64,000 nucleotides of DNA, from assembly GCF_006345805.1 (NCBI RefSeq), contig NC_043012.1, positions 46,252,001 through 46,316,000 on the forward strand. The letters are read 5' to 3'. This stretch comes from Octopus sinensis (Eukaryota). A model generated the notes under the pieces. It did not search any database, had not been told where the DNA came from, and saw only the letters and a list, made by a program, of their open reading frames with translations. How positions within the stretch are numbered: the stretch's first letter is position 1; the number at the start of each line of letters is the position of its first letter. Positions 63,771 through 64,000 of this stretch are shown piece by piece. The translations under genes were made by a program, and so were the position numbers.

Positions 63771-64000
63771 TTTAGATTAGAAAAGAGGAAAACCGCTTAC
63801 ATGATGGTGACTATAGTTTACAAATATCGTACCATGTGAAGACAGACACAAAAACACTCATTCGTTCACATATATGTAAAGACACATATGTACACACACT
63901 CTGACTATATATTTATATATATCTCTATATACACCCATATATACATACATATATATGTATATATATATATATAATAATAGAGCAGTGTTATACTGTCAAC

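Overview
AT-rich, repeat-dominated eukaryotic genomic DNA. The SINE families and microsatellite load suggest an octopus or other cephalopod; this is an inference from remembered repeat consensus, not a database result. No complete host gene, rRNA, tRNA gene or CRISPR array is supportable. Almost all coding-like signal belongs to transposons. Penelope-like retroelements (PLEs, RT + GIY-YIG) are numerous; the one at 12868-15808 looks young and possibly intact. There are two HERO-type RT/REL non-LTR elements (7645-11400 near full length; 62020-63770 decayed), a cluster of R4/Dong-type 3' ends inside (AAT)n arrays, and Tx1/L1 and CR1 3' fragments. DNA transposons include Tc1, mariner and maT-like elements, mariner MITEs and a Helitron PIF1 helicase fragment. 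About 14 tRNA-derived SINE copies from two families are present. The most interesting signal is non-coding and sits at retroelement ends. It comprises a complete type I hammerhead ribozyme motif (29414-29495, minus strand), a second hammerhead-like family with a shared non-canonical A6U core (15673, 51045) and a third weaker family (17791, 36050). It also includes recurrent snap-back hairpins at PLE termini, a split hammerhead-like motif plus a pseudoknot in HERO 3' UTRs, and a near-identical 1013-bp tandem duplication of an ancient 820-bp palindrome. One plausible host first coding exon (54132-54216) and a few weaker exon candidates are flagged. All alignments and folds were done by eye.
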